Under the pieces are notes generated by a model. The model was not told the DNA's origin and did not search any database. It was given only the letters and a program-made list of their open reading frames with translations. This document shows, one piece after another, positions 1 to 10,800 of a stretch of DNA of 41,084 bases; position 1 is the stretch's first letter, and each line of letters begins with the position of its first letter. This stretch comes from Dermatophilaceae bacterium (GTDB taxonomy: Bacteria > Actinomycetota > Actinomycetes > Actinomycetales > Dermatophilaceae): assembly GCA_036382455.1 (NCBI GenBank), contig DASVHT010000287.1, forward strand, positions 1 to 41,084, given 5' to 3'. The position numbers and the translations under genes are program-made.

Positions 1-1773
1 CGATGACCGCGCGCCGTCGCCCAGGATGCTGGCTGCTCCGTCGAGGAAGCGCGAGGGTCGCCGACCGGCCCGACCTCCTGGGTTGCGGGCCCCTGACCAC
101 GACAGCCGCAGCTCGCGCCTGGCGCGCGTCAGCCCGACATAAAGCAGCCTGCGTTCCTCCTCGATGGCCTCCGGACCCTCAGCCATGCTGATAGGGATCA
201 GGCCGTCGCTGCAGCCGACGACGAAGACGGCGTCCCACTCCAGGCCCTTGGCTGCGTGCAGCGAGGCCAGGGTCACCCCCTCGACAGTCGGGGCATGCTG
301 GGCTGCCATGCGCTCATCGAGCTCTCGCACCAGGTCGGTCATCCGCAAAGCGGGGCTCACGGACACGAAGTCGTCGGCGAGCCCGACCAGCGCCTGCAGG
401 GACTCCCAGCGCTCGCGGGTCGCCCCGCCGGCGCTGGGCGCTCGCTCGGTCCATCCGGCCCCGGCGATGACATCGCGGACGAGCTCGCCGAGCGGCTTGG
501 CCCCGTCATCGGCTCTGGCCGCGCCGCGCATCAACAAGATGGCTCCGCGCACCTCCTTGCGGGCGAAGAACCGCTCGCCACCGCGCACGAGGAAGGCGAC
601 GTCGGCACCCGCGAGCGCAGCCTCGAAGGCCTCGGACTGGGCGTTGGTGCGAAAGAGAACGGCGATCTGGCTTGCCGGGGTGCCTCGCGTGACCAGGTCC
701 TTGATCGCCGTGGCCACTCCGCTTGCCTCGGAGGAGTCATCGCTGTATGCCGTCAGGCTCGGCGCGGGCCCGTCCTGCCCCTGCGAGCGGAGCTGAAGCA
801 GGTCGGCTCTGGGAGCGCCACGTTGCACCCCGCCGGCACGCGCCATGAGGTTGGCCAGGGCGACGATCTGGGGGGTCGACCGATAGTTGCGCACCAGCTG
901 AACGACCTGCGACTGGGGGTAGCGCCGCGGGAAGTCCAACAGGTGTCTGGGCGTCGCGCCGGTAAAGGAGTAGATCGTCTGGGCCGCGTCGCCGACCACG
1001 CAGATGTCGTCGCGCTCACCCACCCACAGGTCGAGCAACCGTTGCTGGAGCGCGTTGACATCCTGGTACTCATCAACCACGAAGTGGCGGTACTGCGAGC
1101 GCACGACCCGGGCGATATCGTCCCGCTCCGCGAGGATGCCGACCGTCAGCAGCAGCACGTCCTCGAAGTCGATCACCCCTCGCTCGGTCTTGACCTCCTC
1201 GTAGGTCTGGAGCAGGCGAGCCATCGCGGTGGCGTCAAGATCGGCCGGGGCTCGACCTGCGCGAGCCGCGGCGACGGCATACGTCTCGGGCGTGAGCATG
1301 CTCACCTTGGCCCACTCGACCTCGGCCGCAATGTCGCGCACGGCCACGCGGTCCAGCTGCAGGCGCAGCCGTGAGCCCGCCTCGGCGACCACAGACGCCT
1401 TGTGTGGCAACACTTCCGGGGACGCACCACCGATCGCCTGCGGCCAGAAGTAGTGAAGCTGACGCAGCGCCGCCGCATGGAACGTCCGGGCCTGAACGCC
1501 CGGGACCCCCAGCTCGCGCAGCCGGGTGCGCATCTCGCCAGCCGCTCTCGCCGTGAAGGTGACAGCCAGCACCCGCTGTGGCTGGTAGGCACCGCTGTGC
1601 ACGCCGTAGGCAATCCGGTGGGTGATGGCCCTCGTCTTGCCGGTGCCGGCGCCGGCAAGGACGCACATGGGCCCGCTCGGCGAGGCAGCCACCTGGCGCT
1701 GCTCAGGGTCAAGGGCGTCGAGGATGTCGTCGGCAGTCGGTGTGCCGCTCGGCTCGCTGGGTGGGGAGGACAT
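1..1773 (-). CDS. uvrD2: UvrD/PcrA-family ATP-dependent DNA helicase (UvrD2-like); the C-terminal part runs off the left edge
   Basis: Absent from the ORF track because no stop codon lies in the window. Manual reverse translation from ATG 1773-1771 gives MSSPPSEPSGTPTADDILDALDPEQRQVAASPSGPMCVLAGAGTGKTRAITHRIAY (Walker A, checked at 1680-1621) and VVDEYQDVNALQQRLLDLW (DExx box, checked at 1080-1021). The frame stays open to base 3. Synteny with mycoredoxin, nudC and adnAB matches Rv3198c. Confidence 0.85.
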   Translation of the reverse strand, partial: MSSPPSEPSGTPTADDILDALDPEQRQVAASPSGPMCVLAGAGTGKTRAITHRIAYGVHSGAYQPQRVLAVTFTARAAGEMRTRLRELGVPGVQARTFHAAALRQLHYFWPQAIGGASPEVLPHKASVVAEAGSRLRLQLDRVAVRDIAAEVEWAKVSMLTPETYAVAAARAGRAPADLDATAMARLLQTYEEVKTERGVIDFEDVLLLTVGILAERDDIARVVRSQYRHFVVDEYQDVNALQQRLLDLWVGERDDICVVGDAAQTIYSFTGATPRHLLDFPRRYPQSQVVQLVRNYRSTPQIVALANLMARAGGVQRGAPRADLLQLRSQGQDGPAPSLTAYSDDSSEASGVATAIKDLVTRGTPASQIAVLFRTNAQSEAFEAALAGADVAFLVRGGERFFARKEVRGAILLMRGAARADDGAKPLGELVRDVIAGAGWTERAPSAGGATRERWESLQALVGLADDFVSVSPALRMTDLVRELDERMAAQHAPTVEGVTLASLHAAKGLEWDAVFVVGCSDGLIPISMAEGPEAIEEERRLLYVGLTRARRELRLSWSGARNPGGRAGRRPSRFLDGAASILGDGARSS

Positions 1774-1902
1774 CGCATCCGATCCTCTCAGACCCGGATG
1801 ACAGGTGCGTGCCGGGACGGGGTTCGGTGCCTCCGGGAAGGAATGGAGGCCAGACGCCGTTGACGAGGTCGCCCAATGACCGAACCTCAAGGAGAATCTC
1901 GC

Positions 1903-2166
1903 ATGTCCGCGGCCCCCGCACTCCCCTCTGCCGGCAACGTCACGATGTTCACAACGCCGTGGTGCGGCTACTGCCGAGTGCTCAAGACCGGGCTGGACCT
2001 CGAGGGGATCGGCTATACCGAGGTCAACATCGAGGCGCATCCGTCCAGCGCCGACTACGTCATGAGCATCAACGGTGGCAACCAGACCGTGCCCACCGTG
2101 GTGTTTCCCGACGGTTCCGCCGCCACCAACCCGTCAGTGGCGCAGGTTCGACTGCGCCTGGCCTAA
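1903..2166 (+). CDS. Mycoredoxin / glutaredoxin-like protein (CGYC active site)
   Basis: The ORF 1876..2166 contains TMFTTPWCGYCRVLK. The preferred start is ATG 1903, preceded by AAGGAGA at 1889-1895. Its small size (87 aa) and position next to uvrD2 match mycobacterial mycoredoxin-1. Confidence 0.8.
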   Translation: MSAAPALPSAGNVTMFTTPWCGYCRVLKTGLDLEGIGYTEVNIEAHPSSADYVMSINGGNQTVPTVVFPDGSAATNPSVAQVRLRLA

Positions 2167-2260
2167 GGGTTCCGATACCCGCGGCGTCCCTTTTCGCGCT
2201 GGTGAGGCACATGGCGCGTGGTCGGGGTCGCGGTTCAATGTCATTGCAGGCTCCGTTCTG

Positions 2261-3229
2261 CTAATGGCGCGCTGGCGTCACCCACTCGACCTGTTGGTCG
2301 ATCGGACCGCCGTACCAGCGCTCGATGATGCGGCGAGAGATCGACACGGTGGGCGAGATGCCGAAACGGCCGGCCACCACCATGTCGCGCAGCTCGGCAC
2401 GACCGACCCACACGGCCTCGACGATCTCCTCCATGTCCAGGTGCAGCGTCGGGTCCACCGCGCGCGAGGTGAACCCCACCATCAACGAGGACGGGAACGG
2501 CCACGGTTGGCTGCCCAGATAGCGAACGTCGTCGACGACGACACCGACCTCCTCGAGCACCTCCCGAGCCACCGCGGACTCGAGGGACTCGCCCGGTTCG
2601 ACGAAGCCGGCCAGCACCGAGAGACGTCCCTCCGGCCAGTGCGGGCTTCGGGCCAGCAGGAGCCGGTCCTCCGCGTCGGTCACCGCCATGATCACCGCCG
2701 GGTCGGTGCGTGGGAAGTGCGCGCTGCCGTCCTGGGTGCAACGCCGCAGCCAGCCGGACTCGTCGGGCAGGGTTGGCGCACCACATCGAGGGCAGTGGGT
2801 GTGCGCTTCATGCCAGTTGACCAGACCCAGCATCGTGGCGAACAGGCCCGCGTCCCGATCCGAGAGCACTGCGCCCGCCTCGCGCAAGGTCCGCCACTTG
2901 TCGGTCGCAGCCTCATCGGGACCTCCAACGACCCCCACGTATGCCGTCCCCTCACCATCCTGGCCGAGGAAGATGCTCAGCTGGTCGAGATCCGTTCCGC
3001 GAGGCGGACGCAGGACCAGGCTGACGTCTCGATCGACCTCCGTCACCTCTGCGCGACCCTCAACCAGCTCCACGACCCGGGTCAACGGGTCCTTCAGCAG
3101 CGCAGGGAGCAGATCAGGGTCCTGGCGACGCAGACCGGCACGGCCCACTGTGCCGTGCGCGAAGGATAAATCGCGCAAAGATCTCGAAGACCCGCTCACG
3201 CCTTCCAGCCTAGGGGGCGCACTCGTCAT
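2261..3229 (-). CDS. nudC: NADH pyrophosphatase, Nudix family (NudC-like)
   Basis: It has a zinc-ribbon CPRCGAPT...C and a Nudix box GFVEPGESLESAVAREVLEEVGV. An alternative GTG start at 3199 is possible. Confidence 0.85.
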   Translation of the reverse strand: MTSAPPRLEGVSGSSRSLRDLSFAHGTVGRAGLRRQDPDLLPALLKDPLTRVVELVEGRAEVTEVDRDVSLVLRPPRGTDLDQLSIFLGQDGEGTAYVGVVGGPDEAATDKWRTLREAGAVLSDRDAGLFATMLGLVNWHEAHTHCPRCGAPTLPDESGWLRRCTQDGSAHFPRTDPAVIMAVTDAEDRLLLARSPHWPEGRLSVLAGFVEPGESLESAVAREVLEEVGVVVDDVRYLGSQPWPFPSSLMVGFTSRAVDPTLHLDMEEIVEAVWVGRAELRDMVVAGRFGISPTVSISRRIIERWYGGPIDQQVEWVTPARH

Positions 3230-3240
3230 ACGGTGTCGTT

Positions 3241-4419
3241 GTGACCCGCACTCCCCTCGCCCTTGCCGCCCTTGCCAGCGCCGCTGTGCCCGGGCTGGAC
3301 CCCGCAGAAGTCGAGGGTGTCGTGCAGCTGCCCGGGCATCAGTTCGAGGTGGCCTTCATCGAGGACACCCAGCATCGACGTTGGGTCGTGCGAGTACCGA
3401 TGACTGCGGCCGCCGGCGCACGCATGGACGTCACTGTCTCCCTGCTCGGGCTGTTGGCTCGTCGACTGCCCTTCTCGGTCCCGTCGCCGAAGGGTTTCGT
3501 GGCTCTCAAGGAGGGTGGCCGGGCGGCGGTCTACTCCTACCTGGTGGGGCGCCCGCTCGACTTCGCACACCTGCCGGCCGGACCAGGGATCGCGGCCGAG
3601 CTGGGCCGGGCCCTTGCTGCACTGCACAACGTCGACCGTGCGCTGTTCGACGAGGCTGGTCTCCCGTCCTATGACGCCGATACCTATCGCGCCCGGCGAC
3701 TGTCGGACCTCGACCGAGCCGCGGCGACGGGACACGTCCCCACCGGGTTGCTGGCCCGCTGGGAACGATCCCTCGAGGACGTGTCGCTCTGGCGGTTCGC
3801 GCCGACCCCCACCCACGGCGACCTGAGCGGCGCCAACGTTCTCGCCGTCTTCGACGATGAGAGCGATGCCGCAACGGGTCGTGTACGCGGGGTCACCGGC
3901 TGGGAGGACGCCAAGGTCGCCGACCCCGCCGACGACTTCGCGGCGCTGGTCACCACCGCATCCCCCGCGGCCTTTGACTCGGTGCTCGAGGCCTATGCGC
4001 ATGCACGGGTCGACCGACCGGACAAGAACCTCGAGCGACGGGCCCGCCTCGCTGGTGAGCTCAAGCTGGTATCCGAGCTCCTGACCGCGGTCGGTTTCGC
4101 GGACCCGGGTGCAGTCGAAGCGTGCGCGGCGAAGCTCCGCACGCTGGACGCCGACATCTCCGATGACGACCGCGACGATGTGCCCGTAGTTCCCACAGCG
4201 CCGATCCCGCACAGCATTCCTACCGTGCCGGTGGCCGCTGTTGGCCCGGTTCAGCTTGGGGTGCCCTCTGAGCTCCCTGACGCGACTGAGGGCTCCTGGA
4301 CCGCAGAGCACTCCGAAACGAAAGAGCCGTCTGGCACGACGGAGAACCACGAACCGGCAGATGCGGGCGATGACGAACCCACCGCGGCGAAGGGTCCACA
4401 AGAGCCGCCGAGCCGCTAG
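3241..4419 (+). CDS. Aminoglycoside/choline-kinase-like phosphotransferase family protein with a disordered acidic/Pro-rich C-terminal tail
   Basis: It has an APH-type catalytic loop THGDLSGANVL and WEDAKVADPADDF. It uses a GTG start. Its last codons and TAG stop lie in repeat unit 1 of the adnB 3' duplication. Confidence 0.7.
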   Translation: MTRTPLALAALASAAVPGLDPAEVEGVVQLPGHQFEVAFIEDTQHRRWVVRVPMTAAAGARMDVTVSLLGLLARRLPFSVPSPKGFVALKEGGRAAVYSYLVGRPLDFAHLPAGPGIAAELGRALAALHNVDRALFDEAGLPSYDADTYRARRLSDLDRAAATGHVPTGLLARWERSLEDVSLWRFAPTPTHGDLSGANVLAVFDDESDAATGRVRGVTGWEDAKVADPADDFAALVTTASPAAFDSVLEAYAHARVDRPDKNLERRARLAGELKLVSELLTAVGFADPGAVEACAAKLRTLDADISDDDRDDVPVVPTAPIPHSIPTVPVAAVGPVQLGVPSELPDATEGSWTAEHSETKEPSGTTENHEPADAGDDEPTAAKGPQEPPSR

Positions 4420-4543
4420 GCAGGATAGATCCCTTGAACGCCTCCAGCTGCTCCTCGTCGGGCAGTACCGGGAACAGCCGCTAGGCCGGGATAGATCCCA
4501 TCAACGCCTCCAGCTGCTCTTCGTCGGGCAGCCCCGGGAACAC
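4413..4543. repeat. Tandem ~65-bp direct duplication (2 units, about 88% identical) of the adnB 3' terminus
   Basis: Unit 1 spans 4413-4477 (ccgctaggcaggatagatcccttgaacgcctccagctgctcctcgtcgggcagtaccgggaacag). Unit 2 spans 4478-4543 (ccgctaggccgggatagatcccatcaacgcctccagctgctcttcgtcgggcagccccgggaacac). Unit 2 encodes the real AdnB C-terminus on the minus strand. Unit 1 encodes a relic ..LFPVLPDEEQLEAFKGSILP. Confidence 0.85.
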
Positions 4544-7500
4544 CGTCTCGCCCGTCTCGGCGTAGTAGAACGCCGCATCGACCTGGTCCAGTGAGACCCT
4601 CCGGAGCCGGGCGAAGGCCAGGCGGTAAGCCCCCAGCTGCACGGCACGAACCGCGGCCTTGTCACCTGACGGCTTGGCGCCCGTCTTCCAGTCCACCACG
4701 GTGAACCCGCCACCTGCACGTGGGAAGACCGCGTCGATACGACCCCGTATCGCCATGTCCGCGACAGTGGTCTCGATAGCGGTCTCGATGGCTATCGGAG
4801 TGCGGCGGGCCCATTCGCTGGCAAGGAACCGCTCCTTCATCAGTGGCAGCTCCTCATCGTCTGCCGGGTGGTCGTCGGCGCTGCCTGGCAGGTCGAGCGG
4901 GTCGACGAATGCGGCGCGCGCGAAGTGCTCCTCGACCCAGGCATGAAAGGCCGTGCCCCGACGGGCCGCCAGTGCTGGCGGTGAGGGCATCGGCCGACGA
5001 AGGTCACGAGCGAACCCTTGAGGATCTTCGGCGAACGAGACCACCCCAGATGCGGACAGGTGTCGTGGGACCTTGACCTCGACGTCACCAGTGCGGGTTG
5101 CGGAGTCGCGTTCGGCCAGCAGGATGGCGATGTCGCGTTCGCGACCGACCACCGTTGGCCCGTCACCTCCCCCCCGGCCGGACACCTGGCCGACGTGGTC
5201 ACCGTCGATCGGGGGGGCATGCACGTCGTCACGGTCGAGGTCCGCCATCGCGTCGAGCACCACCTGCACAGCGTCAGTGAGCTGTGCGCGCCTCGCGGCC
5301 ATCGGATCCGCTGGCCAGATCGCGCTGACGGGCTCGCTCTGGCGTGGGTTGGCGGACTTGGTATCGCCGTCCGGCTCGGGCAGCGGCTCCCAGATGTGGG
5401 GACGCAGACCAAGGTCGGCGTGATCGACCAGCTCGGTGAGAAACCGTGAGGTGATCCGAGGCGTCGTGGGTTCGGCCCACACCGGCGCACTCAGCAACAG
5501 CTGGCTGCGAGCACGGGTGAACGCCACGTAGGCGAGCCGGCGCTCTTCGTCGATGCCGTGCTCGCCGCCAGCCTCGATGAAGTCAATGACCTCGCCCTCG
5601 AGCGCCGACAGGTCTGGGGCCGACTTCCACTGCAGGACCGGCAGCCCGTCACGATCCCCACGCAGGTCGTAAGGGACGCCGGACAGACCCCCGACCCAGC
5701 CCTTGTCGCGAGGCGGGCTCATCCGCCACGCGCCGCCCTTGAACGACGTGGTCGAGCTCGAACGTGCGGGGAACGTGCCCTCGACCAGCCCGGGGACTGC
5801 CACGACATCCCATTCCAGCCCCTTGGCTGCGTGCACGGTGAGCACCTGAACAGCGTCGGTGGACACCTCGATATACCCCTTGTCCAGTCCGCGCTCCTCG
5901 GCCTGCGCGGCATCCAGCCAGGACAGGAAGCCAGCCAACGTGGGCCGATCGGCTGAGCTCGAGAAGCTGGCCGCGACATCGGCGAACGCGTCCAGATGGG
6001 CACGTGCCGTCGTCGGCGTGTGCTCGGGGCGGGACAGTACCTCGATGTCCAGTCCAAGAGCGCGCTCGGCTTCGCCGGCCAGGTCAGCCAGGGGCATGCC
6101 CGTCAGCGAGCGCAGCCTCCTGATCGCCTCGCGCAGTCCGTGCAGGCGTTGCAGGGCCACCCCCGAGATCCGGGAGCCGTCAGGACCGGTCCAGTCCTGT
6201 GACGGCAGGTCGTCGAGGGCCTCAACGATGCTCAGCCGGTCGGCGCTGTCGAGAGACTGGTCCTTGGCCTGCGGCCGATCCGGGGCCAGGGATCGAGCCG
6301 CGTGCCGGTGCACGAGGATGCGGGACCAGACCGCGAGCCCGTCGAGGTCCGCCGCGCCCAGCCGGCACAACGGCCCGGTCAGCAGTCGCATCAGCTGGTC
6401 GCCACGAGTGGGGTCCTGAACCACCCAGAGCAGAGCCACGATGTCGGAGACCTCAGGTGTGTGGAGCAGCCCACCAAGCCCAACCACCTCGACAGGCAGA
6501 CCGGCCTGCTCCAGGGCATCGATCACGGCGCCGAACTGGGAACGTTTGCGGCACAGCACGGCCGCCGATACCCCTGTGGGACGGCCGCGCGCATCCAGCC
6601 AGCGATGGGCGACCCAGCCGGCCACGTGCGCTGCCTCGGCCTCGGATGTCAGCAGCCGGGCCGCGAACAGCTGCCCAGTGCCAGCGTCCGCTCGGGCTCT
6701 GAGCACCTGGACATCGACGGTCGACTTGTGGCGCAGGGGGGCCGAGGTGATGTTGGCCGCCGACAGGATGGCTCGCTCATTGCGCCAGCTCGTCGAGAGC
6801 GGCAGGACAGTGGCATCGCCCGCGGCATCGGCGAACTCCCGTGGAAAGCGGGTCAAGGTCGTCGCACTCGCCCCTCGCCAGCCGTAGATCGACTGGTTGG
6901 GATCGCCGACCGCGGTGACCGGCACGGACTCGCCGACAGAGACGAACAGGTGGCGCAACAAGACCAGCTGTGCCTCGCTGGTGTCCTGGAACTCATCGAG
7001 CAGAACGGCCCGAAACCGTTGGCGCTCCATCGAACCGATGTCCGGGAACCCCTGCGACAACCTCGCCGCAAGGGCCATCTGGTCCGCGAAGTCGAGCGCA
7101 TCGCGGCTGCGCTTGAGCTGGATGTAGTCATCGACCAGCGGTAGCACCTGACGGCGGGCCTTCAGCGCGGTCATCGCATCGGCCACCGCTTTGGGTAGAT
7201 CTCTGGCCCGACTGGCGCCCTTGGGCAGGCTGGTGACCAGGGCCTCGAACCGGTCAATCAACAGCGCCAGATCTGCTGGTTCAAGCAGGTGCTCGGCCAT
7301 CTCGCCAGCAAGGTCGACGACGGCGTTGATGACCGTCGAGGCAGCGAAGGGAACCTCGTCCATCGGCCCGTCATGGCGCTCGACCACCTCGGCTGCGAAC
7401 TGCCAGGCTGCAGCCTCTGAGAGCAGCCTCGACTCGGGCTCCACCCCCAGCCGCAGGCCGTGCTCGCGAACGAGGCGGCCGGCATACGAGTGGTAGGTCG

Positions 7501-7837
7501 AGACCGTGGGCGTCCCCCCAAGTACCTCGGCGCCGTCCTGCTCCTCTGCAGGTGCCCACATTCCGACGTGACGCAGCCGGCGCAGGCGCCTCGCGATGCG
7601 CTCGGCGAGCTCGGTGGCGGCCTTGCGGGTGAAGGTCAGACCCAGGACCTGGTCAGGCTCGACATCACCGTTGGCGACCAGCCAGACGACCCGTGAAGCC
7701 ATCGTCTCGGTCTTGCCGGAGCCGGCACCGGCCACCACCAGCAGTGGACGCATGGGCGCCTCGATGACGGCGACCTGCTCCGCGGTCGGCGCCGGGTTGC
7801 CCAGGGCGTCCGCGATCGAGCGCGCAGAGTGCCGCAT
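4481..7837 (-). CDS. adnB: Helicase-nuclease AdnB (UvrD-like motor plus C-terminal RecB-type nuclease)
   Basis: It has Walker A VVAGAGSGKTETM and UvrD-like motifs. The C-terminal PD-(D/E)XK motifs are GRIDAV...VVDWKTG...QLGAYRL. The start is placed at ATG 7837, which forms an ATGA overlap with the adnA stop. The track ORF extends to 7972 but would overlap adnA by 135 nt. Confidence 0.85.
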   Translation of the reverse strand: MRHSARSIADALGNPAPTAEQVAVIEAPMRPLLVVAGAGSGKTETMASRVVWLVANGDVEPDQVLGLTFTRKAATELAERIARRLRRLRHVGMWAPAEEQDGAEVLGGTPTVSTYHSYAGRLVREHGLRLGVEPESRLLSEAAAWQFAAEVVERHDGPMDEVPFAASTVINAVVDLAGEMAEHLLEPADLALLIDRFEALVTSLPKGASRARDLPKAVADAMTALKARRQVLPLVDDYIQLKRSRDALDFADQMALAARLSQGFPDIGSMERQRFRAVLLDEFQDTSEAQLVLLRHLFVSVGESVPVTAVGDPNQSIYGWRGASATTLTRFPREFADAAGDATVLPLSTSWRNERAILSAANITSAPLRHKSTVDVQVLRARADAGTGQLFAARLLTSEAEAAHVAGWVAHRWLDARGRPTGVSAAVLCRKRSQFGAVIDALEQAGLPVEVVGLGGLLHTPEVSDIVALLWVVQDPTRGDQLMRLLTGPLCRLGAADLDGLAVWSRILVHRHAARSLAPDRPQAKDQSLDSADRLSIVEALDDLPSQDWTGPDGSRISGVALQRLHGLREAIRRLRSLTGMPLADLAGEAERALGLDIEVLSRPEHTPTTARAHLDAFADVAASFSSSADRPTLAGFLSWLDAAQAEERGLDKGYIEVSTDAVQVLTVHAAKGLEWDVVAVPGLVEGTFPARSSSTTSFKGGAWRMSPPRDKGWVGGLSGVPYDLRGDRDGLPVLQWKSAPDLSALEGEVIDFIEAGGEHGIDEERRLAYVAFTRARSQLLLSAPVWAEPTTPRITSRFLTELVDHADLGLRPHIWEPLPEPDGDTKSANPRQSEPVSAIWPADPMAARRAQLTDAVQVVLDAMADLDRDDVHAPPIDGDHVGQVSGRGGGDGPTVVGRERDIAILLAERDSATRTGDVEVKVPRHLSASGVVSFAEDPQGFARDLRRPMPSPPALAARRGTAFHAWVEEHFARAAFVDPLDLPGSADDHPADDEELPLMKERFLASEWARRTPIAIETAIETTVADMAIRGRIDAVFPRAGGGFTVVDWKTGAKPSGDKAAVRAVQLGAYRLAFARLRRVSLDQVDAAFYYAETGETVFPGLPDEEQLEALMGSIPA

Positions 7838-10800
7838 CAGATCACCTTGCCCTCGGGCTGGACGGGACAGCTGGACCTGACTGAGCAAGAGGTGCACGAG
7901 GGGCCGACCGTGGCCACGAACTCGCTGCCGGCCATGCCTTCGGCAGTGTCCCTCACCAGGGCTTCCGCCCACCCCGGATCGTCGTCCGCCGACAACGGCC
8001 TCTGCTCCTGGACCGTGGTCCTGACCCCGGCGGCCTTGCCGAGCTGCAGCAGGGCCGCCCCGGCTGAGGCGATGCCGTGCTCGGCGAAGGCCCCTTTCTC
8101 GACAGCGACCTGATAGCCCCCGAGCTGGGCGTTGCGTAACAGGTCAGCCCGGGCAGGTTTGCTGGAGCCGGTCTTCAGGTCGACGACCCTCAGACAACCG
8201 CTGCCATCGCGCTCAAGGCGGTCCACACGACCGCGCAACGTTGCGCGACCGAGCTGGACCTGTAGGTCGAGCTCGACACCGACGCGTTCCCAGCCACGTG
8301 TTGCGGACTCCTCGAAGTAACGGGCCAGCCGGGAGACCATCGTCTTGGCCTCGGAGAGCTGTCGGCGCGACAACCAGCCCTGGGGCAGCCCCAACCGGGC
8401 CCAACGCACCTCGACCTCTTCTCGCATGCTTGCCTCGTCGACGTCACCGAGGTCGGCGGCGATGTCGTGGACCAGGGTGCCGATGTTGGCAGCGCCGAGG
8501 CCTGGACCGTCGCCGCCGCAGGCTGACAACAACCAACGAAGGTTGCAGTCGCTGAAGCTCTCGATGCGCGAAGGCGAGACCGCGACGCTCGAGCCCTCGG
8601 CGCGCAACGGTCGGTCGTCGCTCAACGCCGTCAGCGCCCACCACGAGGACGGGTCGGCCCCCACGACCCGCGCGGCCGCGAGACGTGCCAGCTGCCTGGC
8701 GGCGGTATGACGGTCTCTCACCGTGGCACCGATGACCACCTCGCGTCGGAGCTCGGCGACCAGCCCCGCCAGGGTCATCGGGCGCGGCACCTCGCTGAAG
8801 GACCTCAGCTCGTCCCCTCCATCGGACTCCGTCTGCGGGTCGACGATGTCGAGGTAGACCGATGGCTGTTCGTCGTCACTGCGCACGGCGGTGACCAGGA
8901 GCCGCTCGGAGGCACGGCTGACTGCGACCAGGAAGAGCCGTGTCTCGTCGTAGCGGACTGCCGCCTGGGCGGCGCGCAAGGACTGTCCCCGGTCGCTGAT
9001 GACGTCGACCAGTCGCTCTGAGCCCAAAAGGGATCCACGCAGACGCAGGTCCGGCCACACGCCTTCCTGGACACCGGCGACCACGACGAACCGCCACTGA
9101 CGGCCTGCCGCGCCTGCGGGCGTGAGCAGTGAGACGGTGTCATCACTGGGGGCACGGGCCACGAGGGTGTCGCCCGCGACGTCCTGCCCACGGATGTGCT
9201 CGAGGAACCCGCGCGGGCCCATCTGGGGCAACCGGTCGACATACCTTGCTGCGGCGTCGAACAGGGCGAGGACAGCATCGAGATGCCGGTCGGCCCGAGC
9301 ACCGGGGAGGCCGCCGCCGAGGGCCACCCGGCGCCAGCTCTCACCGAGCCCGGTGGCGTCCCACATGGCCCACAGCACGCTCTCGGCGGTGACCCCGGGC
9401 GCCCAGCGCCGGCCGTCCCCGTCATCAACCATGCGGGCAGCGCTCACCCCCGCAGCGATCGCCTTGGCGACCCGACGAGCCGAAGCGCCCTCAGGACCCA
9501 GCACCCCCAATGCAGTTGGCACGACGAGGCTTTGGGCTAGCAGCTCGTCGCTGGTGCGTCCACCCCCGCTGTCCAGCTCGTCCCGCCGCAGCGCCCTCCG
9601 TAGCCGCCGCAGACCGACGGCATCGGCTCCACCGATCGGGGACAGCACGACATCGACCGCGGTCCCGGTGTCGATCGGGTCCGGCGCCCCGGCCGCCAGG
9701 TTGAGAGCCACCTCAAGGAGCGCGAGCAGAGGACGAACCGCCATCTCGTCCCGGACCGCGACCTCCGTGGCAGGCACCGCCACCGGGACCCCGGCGGCCA
9801 CGAGAACCCGGCGCAGGGTGCTGGTGCGTCCCTGCCCCCGGACGATCACGGCCATGTCGGACCACGGCATACGGTCCAGCAGGTGTGCCTGTCGCAGCTC
9901 CGCGGCGATCAAGGCGGCCTCCTGTGAGGTGGCACGCAGGAGACTCACATCCACGCGTCCACCCTCGGGGACGTGCTCGAGCTCGCGTTGGATCCCACCG
10001 CCCACCGCGCCGATACGCCGGGTCACGCGGTGGGTCACCTCACGCAACGCTGCTGGCTGCCGGTATGACGTCGCGAGCGTGATCGTGGGACCGTGACCAA
10101 ATCGGGAGTGGTCCGCACCCAGGATGCGAGGGTCAGCTCCCCGGAAGGTCTGGACCGCGGCGTCAGGGTCACCGATCAGCACGAGGTCGATGTGCGGAGC
10201 GCGGACCACCTCCAGGAGCCGGGCCGCAGACGGGGTGAGCTCCTGAGCGTCGTCGACCACGATCAGGCTCAGTGAGGACGCGAGACGCTCACGTGCCTGG
10301 GGATCCTCCTCGATCAGGTCGGCGGCTGCACCCAGGATCCACGCTGGGTCATAGGAACCCGGACGCGAGAACGCTGTCACCTCGTCGTACTCAGCCAGAA
10401 TCTGTGCAGCCGCAACCCATTCGGGCCGCTCATGGGCGATGCCCAGCGCCGCGAGATCGGCGGCTTCGAGGCCTCGCTCCACAGCTCGCATGAGCAGATC
10501 CCGCAGCTCGGCGCGGAAGCCCCTGGTGGCCAGTGCGGCCTGCACGTGCGAAGGCCAGTCCGGGGCCTTGCCCTCCCCCGAGACGTGACCTGCGAGAAGC
10601 TCGCGCAGGATGACGTCCTGCTCCGGCCCGCTGAGCAGCCGCGGGCTGGGGTCCCCGCGGAGCGCAGCCGCCTGCCGAAGGATGCCGAAACCCAAGGCCT
10701 GGTGGGTGCGAGCCAGGGGTTCGGTCGTGGTGCCACCGATCCGGCCGGTGATGCGTTCGCGCAGCTCGGCGGCGGCAGTCCGCGAAGCCGTCAGGACCAG

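Noticed and set aside
3199-3241. The divergent nudC and phosphotransferase starts are only 11 nt apart (3229 and 3241), implying overlapping promoters inside coding sequence.
   Set aside because: This is probably a start-codon ambiguity, since nudC may start at GTG 3199. It cannot be resolved from sequence alone and is not evidence of an unusual arrangement.
7838-7972. An N-terminal 45-aa extension of the adnB ORF (MGGSPGEGHCRRHG...).
   Set aside because: It would overlap adnA by 135 nt and has a non-protein-like composition. ATG 7837 gives the canonical ATGA coupling and a normal distance to the Walker A motif.
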